Made by a program: the position numbers and the translations under genes
The notes under the pieces: model-generated
Told to the model about the DNA's origin: nothing
Databases searched by the model: none
What the model saw: the letters and a program-made list of their open reading frames with translations, nothing else
Shown here: one piece after another, positions 1 to 8,499 of the stretch
Numbering within the stretch: position 1 is the stretch's first letter
How the letters are laid out: every line of letters starts with the position of its first letter
Source: Candidatus Enterousia sp.
GTDB taxonomy: Bacteria > Pseudomonadota > Alphaproteobacteria > Rs-D84
Reading direction: 5' to 3'
NCBI GenBank assembly: GCA_045651525.1
Contig: JAZRSO010000004.1
Location: 17,127 to 81,126 of the forward strand
DNA: 64,000 nt

Positions 1-224
1 GCGTGTGCAATTAGTCTTGCTGTGTCTATTGTTTTGTATTTATTTGCTAATGGGCGTATGTTGTGTCTAATGTTGTTTTTGTCGTAATAAAAACCATATG
101 GATTGCTGTCGATAGTTGGCATAAATCGACCTTTTTTTCGTTTGCTTTCTACTGCGCCAAATTCGCAACGTTTTGGGCATCCATTGCATTTGTTTGTGTT
201 AAAACCAAGTAGTTGTGAAAACAT
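1..224 (-). CDS. Cys-motif (CxxCxxxC) array paralog, truncated by the left window edge
   Basis: Not in ORF track. Hand translation from ATG 224: MFSQLLGFNTNKCNGCPKRCEFGAVESKRKKGRFMPTIDSNPYGFYYDKNNIRH..., open to the edge and homologous to neighbours. Confidence 0.85.
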   Translation of the reverse strand, partial: MFSQLLGFNTNKCNGCPKRCEFGAVESKRKKGRFMPTIDSNPYGFYYDKNNIRHNIRPLANKYKTIDTARLIAH

Positions 225-238
225 ATTTATATATCCGT

Positions 239-739
239 CTATCTTTGTATCAAGTAGTTGTCGCATGCTTTGGCGACTTTAAAAGCGTACATTTTTGCGT
301 GAAATTCGTCGGTAAAATTTGGTGTTTTTTGTATTTGGCCAAATGTATTTATATGGTATTTGATTAGTTTTGAACCTATTTTAGTTATAAATATTCCTTG
401 GATTTTTTGTGATGAAAATAAACAATGGTGAGAACAGCCGATGCAACGGTCAAATTGTGGTGTTTGTGTTTTGGGTGTGATTTTTCTGTTTTTATAGCTT
501 TTGCATTGTTGAACCAGGTTTTTTGCTGCTTTTATTGCGTCTTCTAGTGTTGCGTACGGTCGGCGAATTGGACGTCGATTGCCGAATTGGTCTTGCGAGT
601 ATGTAATAGGTTCATTGTTTTTTGTGGGTAAATATCTGTACTTGCCGTGTCCACGGGTTATGTAATATGCGCCTAATATGCACAGTTTGTTGCAACCGTT
701 GCATTTGTTTGTATTAAGTCCAATTTTTTGTGTGAACAT
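239..739 (-). CDS. Two-domain CxxCxxxC...C basic protein (array paralog)
   Basis: Start moved to MFTQK (739) by homology with neighbours; motifs CNGCNKLC...CKSY and CIGCSHHC...CDNY. Confidence 0.85.
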   Translation of the reverse strand: MFTQKIGLNTNKCNGCNKLCILGAYYITRGHGKYRYLPTKNNEPITYSQDQFGNRRPIRRPYATLEDAIKAAKNLVQQCKSYKNRKITPKTQTPQFDRCIGCSHHCLFSSQKIQGIFITKIGSKLIKYHINTFGQIQKTPNFTDEFHAKMYAFKVAKACDNYLIQR

Positions 740-749
740 TGTTTTTGCC

Positions 750-1256
750 TTATTTTCGATTTTGATAGTTGTCGCACAGATGGGCGATTTTATTTTTTGC
801 AAACATTTTAGCGTGAAATGCATCGTAGAAAATGCGCGATGTTTGAATTTCGCCAAAAGCATTGATGTAACGCTCAATTACTTTTGATCCGATTTTTGGG
901 ACAAATATACCGCGAATAATTTCTGATGAAAATATACAGTGGTGTTTGCAACCGATACAGCAATCAATGTCAGGTGTTGTTAATTGGTCTTTTTCTATAC
1001 GGTAATCTGTGAAATCGTCGCATTGATGTGACAGTAATTTTGCTGCATTTATTGCATCGTGTGCGGTTGTGTATGCTTTTGCTAGTGGACGATTGTTTCC
1101 GTGTTGGTCTTTGGTATATATTTGTACTTCGTTATTTTTGGTTGGTAAATATTTTTGTTTGCCGTCAATAGTTGTTACTTGTAATGCCCCAAGGGTGCAC
1201 AGTTTGTTGCAACCGTTGCATTTATTTGTATTTATGCCTTTTGTTTGTGTGAACAT
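750..1256 (-). CDS. Two-domain CxxCxxxC...C protein (array paralog)
   Basis: Start MFTQT (1256); CNGCNKLC...CDDF and CIGCKHHC...CDNY; DNA-level identity with the 239-739 gene. Confidence 0.85.
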   Translation of the reverse strand: MFTQTKGINTNKCNGCNKLCTLGALQVTTIDGKQKYLPTKNNEVQIYTKDQHGNNRPLAKAYTTAHDAINAAKLLSHQCDDFTDYRIEKDQLTTPDIDCCIGCKHHCIFSSEIIRGIFVPKIGSKVIERYINAFGEIQTSRIFYDAFHAKMFAKNKIAHLCDNYQNRK

Positions 1257-1261
1257 TATGA

Positions 1262-1762
1262 TTATCTTTGATAGTTGTCGCACAGGTTGGATATGTGTTG
1301 TGCGCGTTTGATGGCCATATCTTGTGATTCATAGTATGGTACGTTTTTTGTAAGACCGCGTTTGTTTTTGTATTTTGTTATCGTTTTTGTGCCAATAACA
1401 GGTAAAAATCCATCACGATTTTGTGTTGATATATGTTGCGCAGCAAGTGTGCATTTACATTCGCAACCGTGACATTGTGTGTCTGTGAATGTTTGTGCGA
1501 CTGGTTGTGGTGGTGCAACGTAATGTTTGCAAGATTTTACAGCGGTATATGCGTGTGATAATGCGACGGTTGCAGAAACGTATGTTGTAATAAAATGCTT
1601 TTTGCCGCTTTTATCACGATAGTGCGGTATTGGCTGTCCGTTCTTTGTTGGGCGAAAGTTTATATAGTTGTCGTATAATACGACGGCCTGGACACCCAGT
1701 TTGCACCTGCGGTTGCAACCGTTACATCTGCCGATATGAATAGATTGTTCTTGGGTAAACAT
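1262..1762 (-). CDS. Two-domain CxxCxxxC...C basic protein (array paralog)
   Basis: MFTQE start; CNGCNRRC...CKHY and CHGCECKC...CDNY. Confidence 0.85.
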   Translation of the reverse strand: MFTQEQSIHIGRCNGCNRRCKLGVQAVVLYDNYINFRPTKNGQPIPHYRDKSGKKHFITTYVSATVALSHAYTAVKSCKHYVAPPQPVAQTFTDTQCHGCECKCTLAAQHISTQNRDGFLPVIGTKTITKYKNKRGLTKNVPYYESQDMAIKRAQHISNLCDNYQR

Positions 1763-1766
1763 ATTT

Positions 1767-2087
1767 TTATCGATGGTTTTGATAGTGATCGCATAATGGA
1801 ATAATTTCTTCTTTTAATAATTCCAATGCTTCTTCGGCTGTGTTGCGTTTTGTGTTTGTTTGCAAGACATTGTTTGCGTCAAAGTATTCCATAACCGGCT
1901 GTCTGTCGATGGTTGGTACCCATTTTGTGCCATATTCGCCGATGACTTGGATTGTGTTGTCGGCTGCTGGTTGTTTTGGAACATCAATGGCTTTTACGCC
2001 CAGTCTGCAATGGTATTGGCAACCATGGCATATGTCGTATAAGTTGCATGCTGTGATATTGATTTTGTTTTCTTGGGTGAATTTCAT
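1767..2087 (-). CDS. Single-domain CxxCxxxC...C protein (array paralog)
   Basis: Start MKFTQ (2087) with AAGG upstream; CHGCQYHC...PTI...CDHY. Confidence 0.8.
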   Translation of the reverse strand: MKFTQENKINITACNLYDICHGCQYHCRLGVKAIDVPKQPAADNTIQVIGEYGTKWVPTIDRQPVMEYFDANNVLQTNTKRNTAEEALELLKEEIIPLCDHYQNHR

Positions 2088-2101
2088 ACTTGTCACCTTT
2101 T

Positions 2102-2344
2102 TTATTTTGTGTGTTGATAGTTCGCGCAGTGCGTAACATGTATTCTTGCGCGTGCAATTGCAAGTAAACGTGTGCTTGATGCTGCGGGTTGTTCTATGTC
2201 GTCTATATCTATATAGGTTTTTAATAGTTTTTGATTGACTGTTGGGTAGTATTCGGGTGTCCAAGACAGCAAGTTTCTGTGTGTGCCAAATGCACAATGG
2301 AGTTCACAACCGTCACAATAATTTTCGTTTATTTTGATATCCAT
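2102..2344 (-). CDS. Single-domain CxxCxxxC...C protein (first gene of array)
   Basis: AAAGGA RBS; CDGCELHC...PTV...CANY. Confidence 0.8.
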   Translation of the reverse strand: MDIKINENYCDGCELHCAFGTHRNLLSWTPEYYPTVNQKLLKTYIDIDDIEQPAASSTRLLAIARARIHVTHCANYQHTK

Positions 2345-2372
2345 AATTTGAATCCTTTATTGTTTTGGTATA

Positions 2373-2400
2373 ATTATAGACAAATATATATAAATGTCAA
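2373..2400 (-). promoter_or_regulatory. Consensus sigma70 promoter of the Cys-protein array
   Basis: Minus strand TTGACA-N16-TATAAT. Confidence 0.75.
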
Positions 2401-2437
2401 GTTGATTTTAAGATTTTTTTATGTTACCTTATTTTGT

Positions 2438-3145
2438 ATGAGATTAGATCAAGCGCTTGTTCTTTGTAATTTGTACCCTACCCGTGCCAAGGCCGTGGCG
2501 GCAATAAAGTCCGGTTTGGTGACTGTGAATGGTGTTGCGGCCAAAAAGCCCAGTCAGATTGTGTCTGATACAGATGTGTTGGATGGGGGTGCGTTGCCCT
2601 ATTCCGTGGGGCGCGGTTCGTTAAAGTTGGAACGTGCGTTGGAATATTTTGACGTAAATCCAATGGATTATGTTTGTTTGGATATTGGCGCCAGTACCGG
2701 CGGTTTTACATCTGTTTTGTTGGCGCGTGGCGCAGAACGCGTATATGCGGTTGATGTGGGAACAAATCAGTTGGACGAGTCATTGCGTGCAGATTCGCGT
2801 GTTGTGTCGCTGGAACAGACAGATATTCGTGAACTGTCCCCTATTTCGCCGGTTGATTTGATTGTGATTGATGTTTCGTTTATATCGTTGACGAATATTG
2901 TTGAATTCTTGCCGCGTTGGGGTGCAAAAACAGTTATTGCATTGATAAAACCACAGTTTGAGGTTCCGCGCGACGTCGCAGCCAAATTTAATGGCATTAT
3001 AAAATCGTCAGATTGGCATGATTTTTCAATAAATCGTGTTGTTGATGCGTTTTCACAGTATGGTTTTAAGAATATCGGTATTACAGAATCACCGGTCAAA
3101 GGCGGCAGTGGTAATACAGAATTCTTGGCCTGTTTTCGTGTGTAA
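2438..3145 (+). CDS. tlyA: TlyA-family rRNA 2'-O-methyltransferase (S4 + FtsJ domains)
   Basis: MRLDQAL S4 start, GRGSLKL, LDIGASTGGF, IDVSFIS, LIKPQFE, GNTEFL. Confidence 0.93.
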   Translation: MRLDQALVLCNLYPTRAKAVAAIKSGLVTVNGVAAKKPSQIVSDTDVLDGGALPYSVGRGSLKLERALEYFDVNPMDYVCLDIGASTGGFTSVLLARGAERVYAVDVGTNQLDESLRADSRVVSLEQTDIRELSPISPVDLIVIDVSFISLTNIVEFLPRWGAKTVIALIKPQFEVPRDVAAKFNGIIKSSDWHDFSINRVVDAFSQYGFKNIGITESPVKGGSGNTEFLACFRV

Positions 3146-3153
3146 AAAATTCT

Positions 3154-3183
3154 TTGTACTTTTATTATGTGATGTGTTATAAT
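3154..3183 (+). promoter_or_regulatory. sigma70 promoter of leader element 1
   Basis: TTGTAC-N18-TATAAT with TGn extended -10. Confidence 0.65.
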
Positions 3184-3188
3184 TCACA

Positions 3189-3369
3189 GGTCAACGGGTG
3201 TTTGTTGACTGGGTTTAGCGACCCATTGGTAAGCGTCATGTAAAGACGTAAAAACTTATTCCAACCATTGGTTGGAGTGTGTGAATATATTGAATAAGCA
3301 CGCAATTCTTACTATTGTCGCTAAACTCCAACCACTCGTACAATAAAATACGGTGGTTTTTGTTTTGGG
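3189..3369 (+). ncRNA. Structured leader RNA / attenuator candidate, copy 1
   Basis: 5' hairpin 3189-3210; stems 3211-3222/3317-3328 and 3227-3233/3308-3314 enclosing three hairpins; AATATATTGAA loop 3284-3294; terminator 3330-3366. Confidence 0.7.
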
Positions 3370-3376
3370 GGATGTG

Positions 3377-4174
3377 GTGAGGTATTTACTAACGATTTTT
3401 GTTATTTGTTATGCCAATGGTGCGATTGCTGCCCTACCCGATATTGTGTTGTGTGATGGGGGATTTCCAGTAATGAATGCGGTGTCAGAAACGTCTGTGT
3501 CCGAAACTGGCGAAGAAATTATTACGCCAATTGTTGAGTATTCTTGTCAACCGTATTCGCAGGGAATTTGTCCGACATCATATGTTTCGTATGATGTTTC
3601 AGGGTTGTTTCCAACAGATATGGATGGAAATTGTAATTCTGAAAAAATTCGTAAAGTCCCGTCACATGGTGGGTTTGTTGCGTCGGGATTTCCGGTAACA
3701 TTGTGCGATAATGGGTATTTTGATGGTGTCGCGTGTGTGCCTTATTCGGAGGCTTCGGAAAATTGTCCGACGGGTTATTTCAAGGCGTTTGCTAATAAAT
3801 CTGTACAACGCGTTTATGGAGAATGTCCGGATAAAACGGTATTGTTTTCCAATGAAAATATTGCAGTTTGGACATATCCGTATGATGATAATGTGGATGC
3901 AGATATCGTGTTGCGTTTATGTGATACTGGTTACGATATGAATTATTTGGGCGAGTGTGCAGCACTGTGTTCGGTTTCAAATACAGGTGTAAAAACGCAA
4001 TATTTACGTACGGATACTGGATTGAGTTTTCCTGTTTATAGCAAAAAATTAACGGTTCCGTCGTTGAATGTCAAGACAGGTAATCGTCGTTGTTATGTGA
4101 ATATGATTCCTGGTGGTGGCCTAAATGCAATAAATATCACGAGTGAAGATACGACTTATAGGGTTGTGTATTAA
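3377..4174 (+). CDS. Secreted Cys-rich protein with C-terminal KxTxPSL module
   Basis: GTG start after GGGGGA; signal peptide MRYLLTIFVICYANGAIA; CPxGY-type repeats. Confidence 0.75.
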   Translation: MRYLLTIFVICYANGAIAALPDIVLCDGGFPVMNAVSETSVSETGEEIITPIVEYSCQPYSQGICPTSYVSYDVSGLFPTDMDGNCNSEKIRKVPSHGGFVASGFPVTLCDNGYFDGVACVPYSEASENCPTGYFKAFANKSVQRVYGECPDKTVLFSNENIAVWTYPYDDNVDADIVLRLCDTGYDMNYLGECAALCSVSNTGVKTQYLRTDTGLSFPVYSKKLTVPSLNVKTGNRRCYVNMIPGGGLNAINITSEDTTYRVVY

Positions 4175-4192
4175 ATGTATGGAGAAAGTGTA

Positions 4193-4663
4193 ATGCGTTG
4201 TATATTTTTTTCTTTGTTATTATCGTTATTTATTCTGGTGGACGCATGGTGTGCATTATGTCAGAGTAATTTTTCTGTATTAGTTACATTGGACAAAGAT
4301 TCTGGTAATACAGTAAAATATAGCACTCCTCAAATTGATGGCATGAATTGGCGTATAGATGTGGATTATGACACGATGACTTCGATAAATGGTACGTTTC
4401 GTTTTTTGCGTGGGGTTGCGTCATGTAGTGAATATGTTGGAAATTCACAATATGCGTTTGTTACGGGTTATCAAGTAACACCGGCGGATGATGTTGGGAT
4501 TTATTGTTGGTGTGCATTACGTCGGCCTGCGACCACGTATTTTATGTTTTTGCAGGCGTATAATAGTGTGGATGCGTGTGTGGCAGATTGTGCTGCGCAA
4601 TGTGCGAATGGTGTTCGTTCAAGTTATTTATTTAGAGATCATTTGTTTGAGGGGGTATGGTAA
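4193..4663 (+). CDS. Secreted Cys-rich protein (SC...CWC...CxxxCAxxC domain)
   Basis: GGAG RBS, signal peptide, RGVASCS / CWC / CVADCAAQC. Confidence 0.75.
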   Translation: MRCIFFSLLLSLFILVDAWCALCQSNFSVLVTLDKDSGNTVKYSTPQIDGMNWRIDVDYDTMTSINGTFRFLRGVASCSEYVGNSQYAFVTGYQVTPADDVGIYCWCALRRPATTYFMFLQAYNSVDACVADCAAQCANGVRSSYLFRDHLFEGVW

Positions 4664-5154
4664 TGAAATTATATTTATGTCTTTTTTTGTGTTTGTTTAC
4701 AATTGGTGCTGGTGCTGTAACATTTTGTGTAAAGCCAGATGTTATTGCGCTGGGTATAAGCTCGTTAAAAATCCCAACGGTAACATCGTATTCTGGGTTT
4801 GATTGGTCGGCATATGTACCAGAATTTGGTACGATACATGGTATTTCGTCTTGTAGTGATAAAGGTGGTGATAACTCTGTAAATTTGCATGGCTGTCGTA
4901 TCGGTAGTTATTGGGGGCATGTTGCTGCAAAGGGTGAAGATGTAAATAATAATTATTATGGTCGTGCTGATGGAAAAAGTTGTTGGTGTAAAATGACGCA
5001 TCCTGTTGAGTCGGGTTGGATTTTGGTTCATATATATACAGATGTGTGTGTATCAGATTGTGCAAAAAATTGTGGAAATTATTTAAAAAGCACTAGTCCC
5101 GATCACGCTAGTACACTTCGTTGTATGTTAGCGACTGTAGGTTTGGAGGAGTGA
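4663..5154 (+). CDS. Secreted Cys-rich protein (SC...CWC...CxxxCAxxC domain)
   Basis: TAATG coupling to previous gene; signal peptide; HGISSCS / CWC / CVSDCAKNC. Confidence 0.75.
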   Translation: MKLYLCLFLCLFTIGAGAVTFCVKPDVIALGISSLKIPTVTSYSGFDWSAYVPEFGTIHGISSCSDKGGDNSVNLHGCRIGSYWGHVAAKGEDVNNNYYGRADGKSCWCKMTHPVESGWILVHIYTDVCVSDCAKNCGNYLKSTSPDHASTLRCMLATVGLEE

Positions 5155-5237
5155 GTTTTTTTACAATGTTTTCCTTGAATTTTTGTGGGGTTGTCGCTAA
5201 TATCTGTGCATTGATTTGAAACAATAGGAATAAAACA

Positions 5238-7634
5238 ATGGCAGACGATATTAAAAAAATTCATGAACGCGAGGCAAAATGGCAAAAACGTTGGAATGAT
5301 GAACGTGCATTTGTGCCAAAAAACGATGGTTCAAAACCAAAATATTATAATTTGATTGAATTCCCATTCCCAAGTGGTTCTGGTTTGCACGTCGGTCATA
5401 TGTTGCCATATACAGGTATGGATGTTCTGGCACGCTTTCGTCGTATGCGTGGGTTCGATGTATTGTATCCTATTGGTTATGATTCAATGGGTATTTCGTC
5501 TGAAAATTATGCAACCAAAATTGGCAAGCACCCAAGCGAATCTGTCGCAGAACTGATTAAAATTTTTGAACGTGATATTTCAATAATGGGTTTGTCTTTT
5601 AATCCTGAATCCAAACTGTCAACATCTGATCCTGAATTTATCAAGTGGACACAATGGATGTTTATTCAATTTTACAAGGCAGGTTTGGCGTATAAATCAG
5701 AACTGCCGATGAATTGGTGTCCGAATTGCAAAACCAATCTGACCAATGAAGAACTGGAAGATGGTAAATGTGAACGCTGTCATGGGCCTGTTGAAAAGAA
5801 AATGAAGTTACAGTGGAACTTGGCAATCACAAAATATGCAGACAGATTGATTGATGATTTAGCGTTGGTTGACTATCCAGAACGCGTTAAAACAGAACAA
5901 ATAAACTGGATTGGTCGTTCGCATGGCGCAGACGTCAATTTCCAGGTTGGCGATGATGTTATGACTGTTTATACAACGCGTATTGATACAATATTTGGTG
6001 TGACGTTCTGTGTATTGGCGCCTGAACATGCGTTGGTCAAAAAATGGCTGAATGCGGGCAAGATTAAAAATACAGATGATGTGAACGAATATATCGCTGC
6101 GGCACGTGCCAAGACTGAAATTGAACGTACAGATGTTACACGTGAAAAAACAGGTGTTCGTTTAGATGGTGTTATGGCGACAAATCCGTTTAACGGGCGT
6201 GAAATTCCAATCTTTATTTCTGACTATGTTCTGGCAGATTATGGATTTGGGGCGATTATGGCGGTGCCTGCACACGATGGCCGTGACTGGGATTTTGCGA
6301 AAAAGTTTGGTCTGGATATCATCCCTGTTCTGTCGGGCGGTGAAGAAGGTAAAGTCTGGGAAGGCGATGGTGCGCATATAAACTCTGGCTTTTTGGATGG
6401 TATGGGCAAAGAAGACGCCATTGTGGCCGCGATTAAATACGGTACAGAACACGGCTTTGCGCGTGGTACAACCAAGTATAAATTGAAAGACTGGGGATTT
6501 TCGCGTCAGATGTACTGGGGCGAACCAATTCCAATGGTTTATTGCGAAAAGTGCGGTTGGGTGCCTGTGCCGGAATCTGAACTGCCATTGTTACAACCAT
6601 ATATGTCAGACTATAAACCAACAGATGATGGCGAAGGTCCATTGGCACGTGCCACAGATTGGGTAAATACAACCTGTCCACATTGTGGCGGTGCAGCAAA
6701 GCGTGAAACAGACACTATGCCCCAGTGGGCTGGGTCTTCGTGGTATTTCTTGCGCTATTTAGATTCAAAGAATAATAACGAATTCTGTGCGCGTGAAATG
6801 TTGGATAAATGGATGCCGGTTGACCACTATAACGGTGGTATGGAACATACAACACGTCATGTTCTGTATTCCAGATTCTGGTACAAGGTATTATCTGATT
6901 TGGGCTTTGTTCCAGGTGTTGAACCATATAAAAAGCGTACCAGTAATGGTCTGATTATGGCAGCAGATGGTACAAAAATGTCTAAGTCGCGTAATAACAC
7001 AGTGCCCAGTTCGGATGTTGTTGCACGCAGTGGCGCAGACGCATGTCGTATGACAATCTTGTACCTGGGGCCATGGGAACAAAGTGCAAACTGGTCCGAA
7101 GATACACTGCGTGGTGTTGAACGTTTCTTGAAACGTGTGGAAAATCTGGCGGATAATTTGACAGACGAACCAATGACTGCAGATCAAGAACGCTTGCAAC
7201 ATAAACTGATTGCAGATGCAACAAATCGTTTGGAAGATATGAAGTTCAACACGACAATATCTGCGATGATGGAATATATCAATGCGTTCGGTGGTAAAAT
7301 GCCCCGCCCTGCGTACGAAACATTGTTGCAAGTATTGAACCCATTTTCGCCACATTTAACCGAAGAAATGTGGGAAAAACTGGGGCATGCTGATATGCTG
7401 GTGTTTGAACCGTGGCCAACATTTGATGCGGCAAAACTGGTTGAAACACAGATGACAATCGTTGCGTCGGTCAATGGAAAACGCGCGACAGAATTTGTTG
7501 TCGCAGCTGATGCGGATGAAAATACCATTATCGAAGCGGCGCGTGTCGCAGCTGGCGCAAAATTGGATGGTTGTGAAATTGTTAAAACAATCGTTGTACC
7601 AAAAAAACTGGTGAACTTTGTTGTGAAAAAATAA
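5238..7634 (+). CDS. leuS: Leucine--tRNA ligase
   Basis: FPFPSGSGLHVGH (HIGH motif), KMSKS, CP1 editing domain GAIMAVPAHD. Confidence 0.97.
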   Translation: MADDIKKIHEREAKWQKRWNDERAFVPKNDGSKPKYYNLIEFPFPSGSGLHVGHMLPYTGMDVLARFRRMRGFDVLYPIGYDSMGISSENYATKIGKHPSESVAELIKIFERDISIMGLSFNPESKLSTSDPEFIKWTQWMFIQFYKAGLAYKSELPMNWCPNCKTNLTNEELEDGKCERCHGPVEKKMKLQWNLAITKYADRLIDDLALVDYPERVKTEQINWIGRSHGADVNFQVGDDVMTVYTTRIDTIFGVTFCVLAPEHALVKKWLNAGKIKNTDDVNEYIAAARAKTEIERTDVTREKTGVRLDGVMATNPFNGREIPIFISDYVLADYGFGAIMAVPAHDGRDWDFAKKFGLDIIPVLSGGEEGKVWEGDGAHINSGFLDGMGKEDAIVAAIKYGTEHGFARGTTKYKLKDWGFSRQMYWGEPIPMVYCEKCGWVPVPESELPLLQPYMSDYKPTDDGEGPLARATDWVNTTCPHCGGAAKRETDTMPQWAGSSWYFLRYLDSKNNNEFCAREMLDKWMPVDHYNGGMEHTTRHVLYSRFWYKVLSDLGFVPGVEPYKKRTSNGLIMAADGTKMSKSRNNTVPSSDVVARSGADACRMTILYLGPWEQSANWSEDTLRGVERFLKRVENLADNLTDEPMTADQERLQHKLIADATNRLEDMKFNTTISAMMEYINAFGGKMPRPAYETLLQVLNPFSPHLTEEMWEKLGHADMLVFEPWPTFDAAKLVETQMTIVASVNGKRATEFVVAADADENTIIEAARVAAGAKLDGCEIVKTIVVPKKLVNFVVKK

Positions 7635-7645
7635 GGTAACCGTTT

Positions 7646-8473
7646 ATGCCGGAAGAATATATCAGCAGTTTTGGTTGTTTTGATGGTATGATTGCAAGAC
7701 GGTTGTTACGGCGTGGACCAGAAGAGATTAGCCGTATTTATGATAATCCGTCACCATTGGTGCGTGCGATTGTAGAGCACAGATGGGCGCAAGAGCCTGA
7801 TGTTAAATTGGCACTGCAATTAAATCGAATATTGCGATATGCAAAATATATCGGTCCCCAAAAATATAAACAAATAAGAACCGAAATGTTGGCGGCAATC
7901 AAGGAAGGTAGTAATGGGGATATGACGGGCTATCGTGAGTTTGTAAAATTGATAGATAATCCACAAATCGGCGAACAGTATAATAATTTTCTTTCGGAAT
8001 TGCTTGAAAAAAGCCCAAAGACAAAAGCAGTTATTTTAAAACTGGGTAAGCGTAATGAAGAATTAATAAAATTCGGTTTGGATTATCGTGTAGATTATAT
8101 CGCAAACGATTCTAAGTTTTTTGATACAGTTAATACACAGGCGATATTTTTGTGGGCGTTTTGTAGACGCGGTTTTGAATTGAAATTCAAGTGCTTTTTG
8201 ATGCGGATGCGACTAAAAAATGACGAGGCAAGACTGGCGTGTATTAAGTTTTTGTTGCCAGATTATGAAAATATTATCGAAGTGTATCAAAGGAATTTTA
8301 ACGAGCGTCAGAAAATTTGTGATGAAGCTTCTAAGGTTTATCAGGGTGCTGTTAAGGATGTTAGGGATTTGTATCAACAAACAGAAAAAGATATTGATGA
8401 AAAATACCAAGGCATTGCAAGATATAAAGAACTGATAAGAACAAAACAATTACAGCCGTTTAAAAAGAAATAA
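7646..8473 (+). CDS. Hypothetical helical protein
   Basis: 275-aa ORF with AAGG RBS, followed by a terminator; no recognised motif. Confidence 0.75.
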   Translation: MPEEYISSFGCFDGMIARRLLRRGPEEISRIYDNPSPLVRAIVEHRWAQEPDVKLALQLNRILRYAKYIGPQKYKQIRTEMLAAIKEGSNGDMTGYREFVKLIDNPQIGEQYNNFLSELLEKSPKTKAVILKLGKRNEELIKFGLDYRVDYIANDSKFFDTVNTQAIFLWAFCRRGFELKFKCFLMRMRLKNDEARLACIKFLLPDYENIIEVYQRNFNERQKICDEASKVYQGAVKDVRDLYQQTEKDIDEKYQGIARYKELIRTKQLQPFKKK

Positions 8474-8499
8474 AAAAATCCCCAAACGGGGATTTTTTT
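8472..8499. terminator. Bidirectional intrinsic terminator
   Basis: AAAAAAATCCCC-AAAC-GGGGATTTTTTT between convergent genes. Confidence 0.85.

Noticed and set aside
3194-3339. 6S RNA or T-box interpretation of leader element 1
   Set aside because: It can be drawn as a rod with a central bubble, so 6S is not fully excluded without cmscan. However, a second element with the same multibranch layout, loop and tail exists, and both abut start codons through a terminator. There is no T-box GGTGGNACC motif, and leuS is three genes away.
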